A stretch of 64,000 nt of DNA from Bacteroidales bacterium. Its GTDB lineage: Bacteria; Bacteroidota; Bacteroidia; Bacteroidales; Muribaculaceae. A program made the position numbers and the translations under genes. The stretch covers positions 9,840 to 73,839 of the forward strand of contig JAJBUH010000138.1 of assembly GCA_020860445.1 (NCBI GenBank), written 5' to 3'. Below are positions 39,700 through 48,136 of this stretch, one piece after another; position 1 is the first letter of the stretch, and each line of letters opens with the position of its first letter. The notes below the pieces were generated by a model. That model had not been told where the DNA came from. It did no database searches and saw only the letters and a program-made list of their open reading frames with translations.

Positions 39700-40658
39700 T
39701 TATGAGCCGCAAAGATTTATTTGGAGATATTGAAGCCAACAGAGCCTCAGCCGAAAAGCGTGGTATCAACTTTGATGTAGAGAAGATACAAGTCACACTG
39801 CTCAAAGATGTCGAGGTTGAGGGCGATGCACTTGAGGGCAACGAAATAATAAGTGTTGAAGGCAGCAAGCGAGTGAAATATTCACAGCATGCCACAGAGC
39901 TTGACCGTGTGTTCAATCAGTTCCTTTGGGATATGCTTAATGGCTACGAGCGCAAGCATACATTGGAATCTCTACACAATTATGTGCTGGAGATAATGGA
40001 AAAGCTATTCGGCCTCGATGGGTTTGAAGCCGTTAAGGTGATACTCTACCATAAGAATCGGCCAAAGTTTGAAGAGATAATACGCGATGCCTTGGCTGAA
40101 AATCTTGTCGAAGTACGTAGACGCAGACAGAACGCCCAAAAGCGGGCTTTCAAAGAGGTGCCTTGGGCTGTCCCCGAGACTCGCGACTACAATACCTCGA
40201 CTCACCGTACTGTGCCAGAGGCCGAGGCTCATGCGCTGCAGCCATTCTATCGGATGAATCAGGCTTCGCAGCCAGAGATAAGGTTTGAGCATTTCTTGGA
40301 AGACAACCGAGAGTACATTGATTGGTGGTACAAAAACGGCGACGAAGGCATGCAGCACTATGCCATCGCCTATATGGAGGGCGACAATCCAGCCCTGTTC
40401 TATCCCGACTTTGTGCTGCGCATGGCCAACGGCCAAGTGTTCATCTTTGACACCAAGACCAACGGCAGCGACCCTTATGCCGCTGCCAAGCACAACGCCC
40501 TTGTTGCCTATATGGAGGATCCCAACAACCCCAATCTGATGGGAGGAATCTTAATCCAAGATGGAGACCTATGGCGTTACTCGCTTGGCACCATCGAGAA
40601 TACCGATGACATCACTGGATGGATAGCATTCCACCCCTCAGACTACAAAAAATCCTGA
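39696..40658 (+). CDS. PD-(D/E)xK nuclease-like protein, Res-like C-terminal module
   Basis: YPDFVLRMANGQVFIFDTKT signature near the C-terminus. The ATGA overlap with the helicase ORF is at 39696-39699. Confidence 0.6.
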   Translation: MIMSRKDLFGDIEANRASAEKRGINFDVEKIQVTLLKDVEVEGDALEGNEIISVEGSKRVKYSQHATELDRVFNQFLWDMLNGYERKHTLESLHNYVLEIMEKLFGLDGFEAVKVILYHKNRPKFEEIIRDALAENLVEVRRRRQNAQKRAFKEVPWAVPETRDYNTSTHRTVPEAEAHALQPFYRMNQASQPEIRFEHFLEDNREYIDWWYKNGDEGMQHYAIAYMEGDNPALFYPDFVLRMANGQVFIFDTKTNGSDPYAAAKHNALVAYMEDPNNPNLMGGILIQDGDLWRYSLGTIENTDDITGWIAFHPSDYKKS

Positions 40659-40663
40659 AAATT

Positions 40664-40936
40664 ATGCCACGACAAAATCCCAAACAATCGGCCCAACAAC
40701 CGCGCTCGCAGCGCGGTGGCCTGGACCATACCTTTTTGCATTACGGCATACGCCAACCCGACCTTGAGGTAATCCTTGACCTATGCGACAGCCATGGCAT
40801 CGACCGAGATTGGCTGCGCGATGAGGTATTAAAAAACTTCCATGCAAAGAAAGTCGACGCCTTCGAAATATCAGATGCCGATGTAGAGCGTGTGCTAAAT
40901 GATGCCTTAACCAAACTACCAACCCCAATCCAATGA
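40664..40936 (+). CDS. Small (90 aa) operon protein of unknown function
   Basis: ATG lies 5 nt after the upstream stop, and its stop overlaps the next start (ATGA). No recognisable motif. Confidence 0.5.
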   Translation: MPRQNPKQSAQQPRSQRGGLDHTFLHYGIRQPDLEVILDLCDSHGIDRDWLRDEVLKNFHAKKVDAFEISDADVERVLNDALTKLPTPIQ

Positions 40937-42927
40937 TTATCACTCGCGTAAAAGCTCATAACTACAAGACTTACCTCGATCTTGACCTCGATCTCACTGT
41001 CGAGGCCGAGCGGCCCATCATCTTGATTGGAGGCATGAATGGGGGAGGCAAGACTACTCTCTTTGAGGCTATCTATGGGGCTCTGTATGGGCTGAATATT
41101 GCCAACGAACGCCAATTCCAAGAGCTCCTCAACGCCGGAGCTCCCCCTACTGAGAAACCTGAGATTGTGCTTGAATTGTCCTTCAAAGGTCTTGTCACTG
41201 GCACGGAACAAAAGTATAACTTGCGACGCACTTATAGAGTGATGTCGAGCAGGCCCGTCGAGAATGTGCGCCTCAACCTCAATGGCAATGTCGTAAGCTA
41301 CGGTACCCAGACCCCAGCCGGTGAACGACACCGCTATGAGCAGATGCTCAACAAGATAATCAAGGCCAACCTGCCCCAGGAATTGAGCAAATACTTCTTG
41401 TTTGATGCCATGCAAAGCAGCGAATTGCTCAAGGAGGGAGTGTTCTCCCAAATCATTCGCGACAATATCCAGAATGTGATGGGATTTAACAAATACCTTA
41501 TGCTGAAGCATGCTGCCGAGAAGCTGCATCAAAAGAAGGCAGCCGAGCGAATAAAAGCCAAAAAGGAGCGTGAGGAATACGAAAGGCTATGCGCCGAAAA
41601 AGAACAGAAGGTGCAAAGGAAAACTGCTCTTGAAGCTGCCTTAGACCAATCTTCGCGCCGACTGCAGGAAATGCAAGAAGCTTATGATGCTGCAAGGGAG
41701 GGTGCTCGGAAGGATGCCAATGCTCGCCAACGAATCTCTGAAATTGATGCTAAAATCAACGAAGCTAATTCAAGTGCCGAGCGCTATTGCACTGAGGCTA
41801 AAGATTTGGTTGACAACCTTGAGGGTAGCGTATTTCTACCAAAGCTCGCTTCGCAACTCTCACAAGAAATTGCCAACATCGTTCGCATAAAGGATAGCCT
41901 AAAGAAAGAGCCGATTGAATCACCCCAGCAGTTGCGCGATATCACTCACCGAGTATTGGACCTGCTAAGGCAAATGCAACTGTTGGATGCCAATGCCAAC
42001 GAAGAAGACATTATCGCTCAGCTTATCTCCAGGCGTTGCGCCGATGGCAAAGATGACCCCTACGCCATATTGGAGGACGATGACGTAGCTGCGCTTGTAG
42101 GACTGGTCAACAGTGGCGGTCATAACACATTCCCTCACTTGAGTGAATCGAAGATGGCTTGCGAGACAAAACTTGGCAATCTCGATGAATGGCATCGCCA
42201 ACGCTATTTCCTACAGCAGTCAATAGATGGCAATGATCAAGAGGTAATCAATAACTATGAGACGGAGGCTGAAAACCAACGCAACATTGAAATAGAGATT
42301 GAGAATCTCACTGTCGAAATACAACGTCTCGACAATCGCATACATACGTTTGACATTCAGATTCAGGAAGAGCCTGACTTGAAATTTGATACTCTGGTCA
42401 AACTGCGTCCTTTCTTTGAGGACGTAGCTAAGACTTTGCTTCAGCGCAAGCGCCAACAGATCGAGACACAGATGCAAGAGCAACTCAACATATTGCTCCT
42501 ATCATATAAGGGCCACATACAGCGAGTAGAGATCAGCGAGAATCTTGAGGATTTCTCAATCAAGATATTCCACTCGGCTGGCAATGAGATTGCGCTCAGC
42601 CAACTCAACGCCGCATCTAAGCAAATATTCATCCAGGTGCTGCTCAAAATACTGCGCAATCTTGGCGATTACAATCCCCCTGTGATGATTGACACGGTAA
42701 TGGGCGTGCTCGACAATGAGAGCCGCGATGCGCTGATGCAAGAGTATTTCCCACAGCTTGCCGACCAGACTATACTGCTTTGCACTACATCTGAGATTCG
42801 CAAGGATTCGGACTACAAGCAAATCGAGGCTTTCATCTCCAAGACCTATACATTGCAGCGCGATGTGGCATTGCAGCGCACCGAGGTTGTGGAGGGATAT
42901 TTCGGAACACCGCTTAACAGAGATTGA
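40933..42927 (+). CDS. DndD-like SMC/ABC-type ATPase
   Basis: GGMNGGGKTTL Walker A, YFLFDAMQ, a long coiled-coil-like middle, LSQLNAASKQ signature-like, PPVMIDTVMGVLD Walker B/D-loop. Compare DndD IIDTPLGRLD, recalled from memory. Confidence 0.7.
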   Translation: MIITRVKAHNYKTYLDLDLDLTVEAERPIILIGGMNGGGKTTLFEAIYGALYGLNIANERQFQELLNAGAPPTEKPEIVLELSFKGLVTGTEQKYNLRRTYRVMSSRPVENVRLNLNGNVVSYGTQTPAGERHRYEQMLNKIIKANLPQELSKYFLFDAMQSSELLKEGVFSQIIRDNIQNVMGFNKYLMLKHAAEKLHQKKAAERIKAKKEREEYERLCAEKEQKVQRKTALEAALDQSSRRLQEMQEAYDAAREGARKDANARQRISEIDAKINEANSSAERYCTEAKDLVDNLEGSVFLPKLASQLSQEIANIVRIKDSLKKEPIESPQQLRDITHRVLDLLRQMQLLDANANEEDIIAQLISRRCADGKDDPYAILEDDDVAALVGLVNSGGHNTFPHLSESKMACETKLGNLDEWHRQRYFLQQSIDGNDQEVINNYETEAENQRNIEIEIENLTVEIQRLDNRIHTFDIQIQEEPDLKFDTLVKLRPFFEDVAKTLLQRKRQQIETQMQEQLNILLLSYKGHIQRVEISENLEDFSIKIFHSAGNEIALSQLNAASKQIFIQVLLKILRNLGDYNPPVMIDTVMGVLDNESRDALMQEYFPQLADQTILLCTTSEIRKDSDYKQIEAFISKTYTLQRDVALQRTEVVEGYFGTPLNRD

Positions 42928-44525
42928 CCATGAAACTTAATTTCGATGATTTGAGGCAAGCCGAAGGGCTGCTCGATATGGTGATGCCCCTCAAGGATAA
43001 GATTGAAGAGCGCCTAAGATTGAAAAATGCTCCAGAAGGGAACAAATTGCCAACTCTCACTGGCAACCAAATTCTGCGCATCTGCATGATAGCGGGATTT
43101 TCTATGACTGAGCCCAGAAATCTGGCTGAGGTCAGAGAGACGCAGTTATCACGACAGAACAATCGATTCTACTCAACCTTCTTCAATCGCAACAACACCA
43201 AAGCCCTGTTTGAAGCTTTGATCAAATTGCGATATAAGGACATCATTGAGGATTGGGAAGAGCCACGAATTGCTTCACGCATCATAGCTTATGAGGCTAC
43301 TCGTGGGTTCCACTATCTGATGGATGAGAGTAATCTCAATTCTTTTCTTTTCGCATCGTCTTCGGGACGCGGATTGTCGCGCTCGATCCCCGCACTTGAC
43401 TTAATCATTGGCCATTATGACGGTGATGATGAGATGGAGGCAGACTTGAATCTTAATTCTCGCGCTGTGCCTAATGCTCAGATTATTATCGCTGGTTCTA
43501 CTGGTTCGGGCAAGTCAAATCTCATTTCGGTGATTATTCAGCAATTCCGCACCCTGTCTTCTGAGACTGCCTATCCGGTCAATTTCTTGCTCTTTGATTA
43601 CAAGGGCGAATTTTCTGATCCTGCTAATCGCCGTTGGCTCACTTATTTCGACATTGATGCCAGCGCATTGCTCGATCCGATGGATAAGCCTTTGCCATTC
43701 AACCCTTTCAGGGATTTCAGAGGCAAATCCCAGTCAGAACTGAATATCTATTCTACGGAATTGACTTCGGCTCTCGCCGCTCTCGACAATGTAGTACTAA
43801 GCGCTAAGATGAGCAGCCGTCTGAGCGAGGCCATCATCAAGGCGTATGCCCATAATCAGAAAGCGCCAATTACATTTGAGAAACTGCTCAATGCTTATCG
43901 AGGTCTGTTGCCAAAGGCTGAGACCGAAGACAGCATCACGGCTGTGCTGTCTCAATTGGTGCGCAATCACCTCTTTGATACCGAGGACCGGACCAATCTA
44001 ATCAAGAATTGCTTTATCGTAAAGCTGGACAAATACCCTAAGGACGGTCCTCTTGCCAAAGCCATCGTATATTTCCTGATCTCTAAGCTGAATGATATAT
44101 ACCAGACGCTTGAACCTCAAGCCACAACTGACGATGTGGTGGAAATACGCCATTTCACTATCATTGATGAGGCTCACTATATGCTCAGTTTTGAGAATAA
44201 GCCACTGCGCGAATTGATACGTGTTGGCCGCAACAAGGGACTTAGCATTATTCTGGCCACGCAGGATATGGCAAGCTATAGAGCTAATAACAATGGCGGT
44301 TTCGACTTCTACGCCAATGCGCAATACCCTCTCATCATGAAGCAGCAGACGATTGATGATTCGGTGCTTAAGGGAATCTTCGGTGTCACGGGGCGCGAGC
44401 TCGCCGAGCTGCGCTCAGCCATCTCCAACCTGCAGCTCGGAGAGCTTATCATCAAGGACCAAAATGCCGCCATCCTCGACATCGGCAAGCCCTACAAAAA
44501 GATCAAAGTGAATCGATTGATATAA
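42924..44525 (+). CDS. HerA/FtsK/VirB4-type P-loop ATPase (DUF87-like) with an N-terminal ~170-aa extension
   Basis: AGSTGSGKSN Walker A, FDYKGEF, TIIDEAHYML Walker B, ILATQD. Confidence 0.72.
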   Translation: MTMKLNFDDLRQAEGLLDMVMPLKDKIEERLRLKNAPEGNKLPTLTGNQILRICMIAGFSMTEPRNLAEVRETQLSRQNNRFYSTFFNRNNTKALFEALIKLRYKDIIEDWEEPRIASRIIAYEATRGFHYLMDESNLNSFLFASSSGRGLSRSIPALDLIIGHYDGDDEMEADLNLNSRAVPNAQIIIAGSTGSGKSNLISVIIQQFRTLSSETAYPVNFLLFDYKGEFSDPANRRWLTYFDIDASALLDPMDKPLPFNPFRDFRGKSQSELNIYSTELTSALAALDNVVLSAKMSSRLSEAIIKAYAHNQKAPITFEKLLNAYRGLLPKAETEDSITAVLSQLVRNHLFDTEDRTNLIKNCFIVKLDKYPKDGPLAKAIVYFLISKLNDIYQTLEPQATTDDVVEIRHFTIIDEAHYMLSFENKPLRELIRVGRNKGLSIILATQDMASYRANNNGGFDFYANAQYPLIMKQQTIDDSVLKGIFGVTGRELAELRSAISNLQLGELIIKDQNAAILDIGKPYKKIKVNRLI

Positions 44526-44528
44526 CCG

Positions 44529-44569
44529 CTACGGCAAAAAATCTGGTGAAAACCAGATTTTTGCCGTAG
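44529..44569 (+). terminator. Operon terminator hairpin, sequence-related to the promoter cassette
   Basis: CTACGGCAAAAAATCTGGT-GAAA-ACCAGATTTTTGCCGTAG followed by TTATTTATT. It shares CCAGATTTTTGCCGTA with P1. Confidence 0.7.
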
Positions 44570-44665
44570 TTATTTATTCTGGTTTTTCTCCTAACAGACG
44601 CACTAAGTTTAGGAATTCTCGTGAAACCTCTGCCAGTCGGGGATTATCATTTCTGCTTATAAGTG

Positions 44666-44830
44666 CTACCATACCTCAATATATTTGGGGTCTTCCCCAG
44701 TCTCTGCGCGAAATTCTTTTTTCAGTTCTTCTACTGCTGTAGCTACTAATTCTCTTTTCTTACGCTTAGAATCCTCCCATCTTCGCAAAGCTTCTTCTCG
44801 GGTTAAAGGAATTTGGTCTTTTGTTTCCAT
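44666..44830 (-). CDS. Small (54 aa) charged protein, below the ORF-track cut-off
   Basis: Hand translation METKDQIPLTREEALRRWEDSKRKKRELVATAVEELKKEFRAETGEDPKYIEVW-stop. Driven by cassette promoter P2 and followed by a truncated or frameshifted ORF (MIIPDWQRFHENS-stop). Confidence 0.4.
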   Translation of the reverse strand: METKDQIPLTREEALRRWEDSKRKKRELVATAVEELKKEFRAETGEDPKYIEVW

Positions 44831-44943
44831 TATTGTATTTATTTAGTTATTGGTACAAAATACTGTTTGTATTTTAACGAAGAGATATCGCTGAATGTTT
44901 TTGTATGGCTCGCTCTCGAGCCGCGCCAGCCTCCAGCGCACCA

Positions 44944-44975
44944 CAAAATTACGGCAAAATTCTGTAAACACCAAA
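44944..44975 (-). promoter_or_regulatory. Promoter P2 (cassette copy 2, inverted)
   Basis: Minus strand TTTG (plus-strand CAAA 44972-44975), a 20-nt spacer, then TAATTTTG (plus-strand CAAAATTA 44944-44951). Confidence 0.6.
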
Positions 44976-45033
44976 TTTTTTGTAAAATTAAACCTCAGAG
45001 GGGGCTAAAAGGGAAAATGGTTTTGATTTTTGA

Positions 45034-45065
45034 TTTGGGTTTATAGAAAATAATCACTACATTTG
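45034..45065 (+). promoter_or_regulatory. Promoter of the truncated AAA-ATPase-like gene
   Basis: TTTG (45034-45037), a 20-nt spacer, then TACATTTG (45058-45065). Confidence 0.5.
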
Positions 45066-45087
45066 CGTATAAAATCAAATCTAAGAT

Positions 45088-45807
45088 ATGGGACAATTTA
45101 TCAATGTAGGAAATGCTCGCTTCCGCAGAGCACTGGACAGCAAATATGTTGACAAGACTCAGCTCATTGCGGCTGTCAACAGCACCCTCTTTAAGGAGTG
45201 GAATATGAGTTGCGTCACTCGTTGCCGTAGGTTTGGAAAATCTATGGCAGCTTCGATGCTCTGCGCCTATTATGATAAGTCCTGTGACTCTAGGGAATTG
45301 TTCAAAGGATTGTCTATTGCTAAAGATCCATCCTTTGAAAAGCATCTAAACAAGTATCCCGTGATTTTCATTGATATGAGTATAATCATATCGAGATTCG
45401 GTCATGATGCGGATATAGTAGATAAGATGCAAAAAGAGATAAGCAATGAGCTTTTAGAGGTCTACCCCGAGGTGAAGATGCGCGATGAGGATGACTTAAT
45501 GGATTTGATCCTGCGAATCGCTAATCACACGGGAGAGCCATTCCTTATGATTATCGATGAGTGGGATGCGATATGTCGCGAGTTCAAAAAGAGCGAAGCC
45601 CCTATGGACAAATATATCACCCTGCTCCGTCGCTTTTTCAAAGGCAGCAATGCTCCGCAAGCTTTCATAGGAGCTTACATCACCGGGATTCATGCGCTTA
45701 AAGAATATAATGACTTATTGATCCCAAACAATTTTTGGGAATATACTGAAGATCAGATGCTCAATCTCAAACCTACGACCCAGAAACCAAGAAGCATACA
45801 TGCTTGA
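45088..45807 (+). CDS. AAA-ATPase-like domain protein (DUF1703-type), N-terminal half only
   Basis: RCRRFGKSMAASML P-loop-like and IIDEWD. It is 239 aa versus 549-584 aa for paralogues in this window, and the PD-(D/E)xK C-terminal half is absent. Confidence 0.6.
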   Translation: MGQFINVGNARFRRALDSKYVDKTQLIAAVNSTLFKEWNMSCVTRCRRFGKSMAASMLCAYYDKSCDSRELFKGLSIAKDPSFEKHLNKYPVIFIDMSIIISRFGHDADIVDKMQKEISNELLEVYPEVKMRDEDDLMDLILRIANHTGEPFLMIIDEWDAICREFKKSEAPMDKYITLLRRFFKGSNAPQAFIGAYITGIHALKEYNDLLIPNNFWEYTEDQMLNLKPTTQKPRSIHA

Positions 45808-46099
45808 TTGAAAAGGCATAGCATTATGGATTAAGAAGAGTTAGTATTTGTAACCGCAGTCATAGGAAGCGTAGCCGAAAGGCTGGACCTTCCTTTGGCT
45901 ACTGTTTACCGTAGGGTAAAGGATTCTAATATAATAGATGGGTACCTCGTACCTGGGTATGATCCTCTGCATACATTTAGTCGAGAGTATATCACTGATG
46001 AGGTAATAGACTTCATGAAGAAGAAAGGAAACGGCATCGCTGTCCTGCATTGCTGCACAGATGAACGCCCTCGCTGACGAAATTCTCTTGGACAAGAAG

Positions 46100-46199
46100 T
46101 CCAGCTGAAGAACTGCGCTCAGCCATCTCCAACCTACAGCTCGGCGAGCTAATCATCAAGGACCAAAACGCCGCTCTCCTCGACATCGGCAAGCCCTAC
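46100..46199 (+). pseudogene. 3' relic of a second HerA-like ATPase gene
   Basis: 46113-46199 matches 44409-44495 at 81/87 nt by hand alignment. It encodes ...EELRSAISNLQLGELIIKDQNAALLDIGKPY, and no upstream remainder of the gene is present. Confidence 0.8.
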
Positions 46200-46263
46200 T
46201 TCAAAGAATGTCAGTATTTTTGTACAGAAAATAAATGTGAAACAAGATGTTCCCTCCCTGCTA

Positions 46264-46345
46264 CCCCTACGGGGTAGGGGGAGGACGGCATCCATCTGGA
46301 TAGATGAAACAACCCCTACGGGGTAGCGGGGAGGGGCGTCCATAA
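46264..46345. repeat. R-family repeat, two tandem copies
   Basis: CCCCTACGGGGTAGGGGGAGG..GCATCCATCTGGATAGATGAAACAA followed by CCCCTACGGGGTAGCGGGGAGGGGCGTCCAT. Contains the CCCCTAC-GGGGTAGGGG hairpin. Confidence 0.75.
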
Positions 46346-46347
46346 GG

Positions 46348-48102
46348 CTATATGTGGCATTTGCCTTTGGCGATGAGGCGGTGGTTGCGGAAGACGAGGT
46401 AAAGGGGGATGAGGGTGGTTTGGGCCAGGAGGGGGCTTTTGTCCAGGTGGGCATCGGCGATGTATTGGCGCAATTGCTTGCAAGCGTCCTTGATTTTCGC
46501 ATCAGGAGTCTTTGCTCGCGCACTCATGTGCTTCAGCTCGATGAGGTAGCTATAGCGTGCGGGATTGTTGGGAACATTCTTAGGCACCAAAAGAATATCG
46601 CAATACCCCTCGCCCAATTCGAGCTCGGGCCATACGTCGTAATAATCATTTTGGCACAGCACCCCGCGCAGAAAGGCTTGCTCATTAGGCTCATCGTTGT
46701 TGCGAAGACTGGAATACTGCTGACAAAGCTTGCCTAATTCATCGGCCAGTGGTTCCCATTTGCCCTTGACGGCAGCCTCGGCAATCAATTTGCTCAATTG
46801 GCGCAACTGCCCATTCAACACCAAGCCCTCCTCCTCAATCACTCGCAGCATATATTGCAGATACAAGTCTCCCATTGTCTTATTGGGCACAATCAGCATG
46901 CGGCGTCCATACTCATCGCAAGGACCGTAAGTAAGGGTACCGTAATAGAACAATAGGCTCTTGAAATTCTTTTCCTCGCCAGCGCTTCCGGCTTGAAAAG
47001 CAATTTCGACATTGCCAAGAGTATAGCCTTTGGAGCAAATTTCTTTGACAATGGACATACGCTCTTTGCGATCACCCAAGTCATCGGACATAACCAAGAA
47101 GTTGAGCTTCTCCGGATCTACACGAGCACTGGTATCGATTAGAGGCTGTGGGGCGCGTCCTCTCGTGACCAGCGAGTCGATATAGCGTACCACCATCTGA
47201 GTATTGTAGATAGTTGGCGCAACGCCATAGCACTCCTCGGCGAAGCAAAAATTGTCATACCATGGCTTCATCTCTGCGATGATATCGTCGGCAGTGCGCT
47301 CAATGGCCCCTTCGGTTCGATAATACTCTATCATATCCCTAAGTTCGGTCTCGGTAACACCTATGGCTTGATCAAACCAAGGCATAAGCGATACTATGTC
47401 GGCTATGTTAAAGCCCGATGTCAGGTCATCATAAGTGGCTGGGCTGACGCCCGTCAAGAAAATGCGATCAAAGGTTCCTTTCAGTCCGCTGAAAAAAGCC
47501 CGATAGAAACCCTCGCCATGGGTAATATTCTCATGGGCCTTTACTCCACGAGCCGCGAGCACGGTGTTGGTGAAATTATCATACTCATCAATGGTGAGAA
47601 AAATCTTTTGGCCCTTATTATGGGCCATCTCTACCAGTAGGGTGATGGCATTCTTAAGATCCCTTACCGAAAGAATCTCTGCGCGGTCTGATTGGGTGAA
47701 TACCCAATCATATTTTTTCAGGAACTCGGATATCCGTATACGGCAGTATTCATTAAAAATAGACTCAAGCTTATCGATATTGGCATTATTGACATGCGAA
47801 AAGTCGAAGCGCAACGCCAAATACTGATTGGCCCACTTGGTTGGGCGCTGCCCTATGTCCAAGTCGCCAAACAACTCTTGGAAGCGGTCCTTCAGATTGA
47901 TGTCATAATAAGCCATTAACATGCTCGAAAAGAGAGTCTTGCCCATGCGTCGGGGCCTAACCAAAAGGATGAACTTCTTCTGGCGCTCTAATTCGCGTAT
48001 GTATCCGCTCTTATCGAAGAAATAGTAGTTTTCTTCCCTAAGGGTCACAAAATTATCGACATCGGTGGGGACTTGCTTCATATTCCATGGATTTTGCCAC
48101 AA
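46348..48102 (-). CDS. AAA-ATPase-like / PDDEXK_9 (DUF1703-type) protein
   Basis: LLVRPRRMGKTLF P-loop-like, LTIDEYD, and a C-terminal nuclease-like YCDILLVP...YLIELKH. 584 aa. Confidence 0.8.
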   Translation of the reverse strand: MWQNPWNMKQVPTDVDNFVTLREENYYFFDKSGYIRELERQKKFILLVRPRRMGKTLFSSMLMAYYDINLKDRFQELFGDLDIGQRPTKWANQYLALRFDFSHVNNANIDKLESIFNEYCRIRISEFLKKYDWVFTQSDRAEILSVRDLKNAITLLVEMAHNKGQKIFLTIDEYDNFTNTVLAARGVKAHENITHGEGFYRAFFSGLKGTFDRIFLTGVSPATYDDLTSGFNIADIVSLMPWFDQAIGVTETELRDMIEYYRTEGAIERTADDIIAEMKPWYDNFCFAEECYGVAPTIYNTQMVVRYIDSLVTRGRAPQPLIDTSARVDPEKLNFLVMSDDLGDRKERMSIVKEICSKGYTLGNVEIAFQAGSAGEEKNFKSLLFYYGTLTYGPCDEYGRRMLIVPNKTMGDLYLQYMLRVIEEEGLVLNGQLRQLSKLIAEAAVKGKWEPLADELGKLCQQYSSLRNNDEPNEQAFLRGVLCQNDYYDVWPELELGEGYCDILLVPKNVPNNPARYSYLIELKHMSARAKTPDAKIKDACKQLRQYIADAHLDKSPLLAQTTLIPLYLVFRNHRLIAKGKCHI

Positions 48103-48136
48103 AGGTACAAAAATTTATCCAAATAATCTGTAATTG

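Noticed and set aside
35921-44980. Could the 74-nt inverted repeats make the 8.9-kb operon an invertible phase-variation switch (inverton)?
   Set aside because: Both repeats carry the same inward-facing promoter. Recombination between them would give an equivalent arrangement with no ON/OFF change, and no site-specific recombinase gene is nearby. The repeats are kept as a finding, but the switch interpretation is dropped.
45841-46095. HTH-like fragment ...VAERLDLPLATVYRRVKDSNIIDGYLVPGYDPLH... (plus frame, ends 46077), together with an 84-aa antisense ORF
   Set aside because: The plus frame opens just after a stop codon with no ATG until late (track ORF 45895-46077). It looks like a remnant of a resolvase/transposase-type HTH gene. 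It is not reportable as a functional CDS, and the antisense ORF is spurious.
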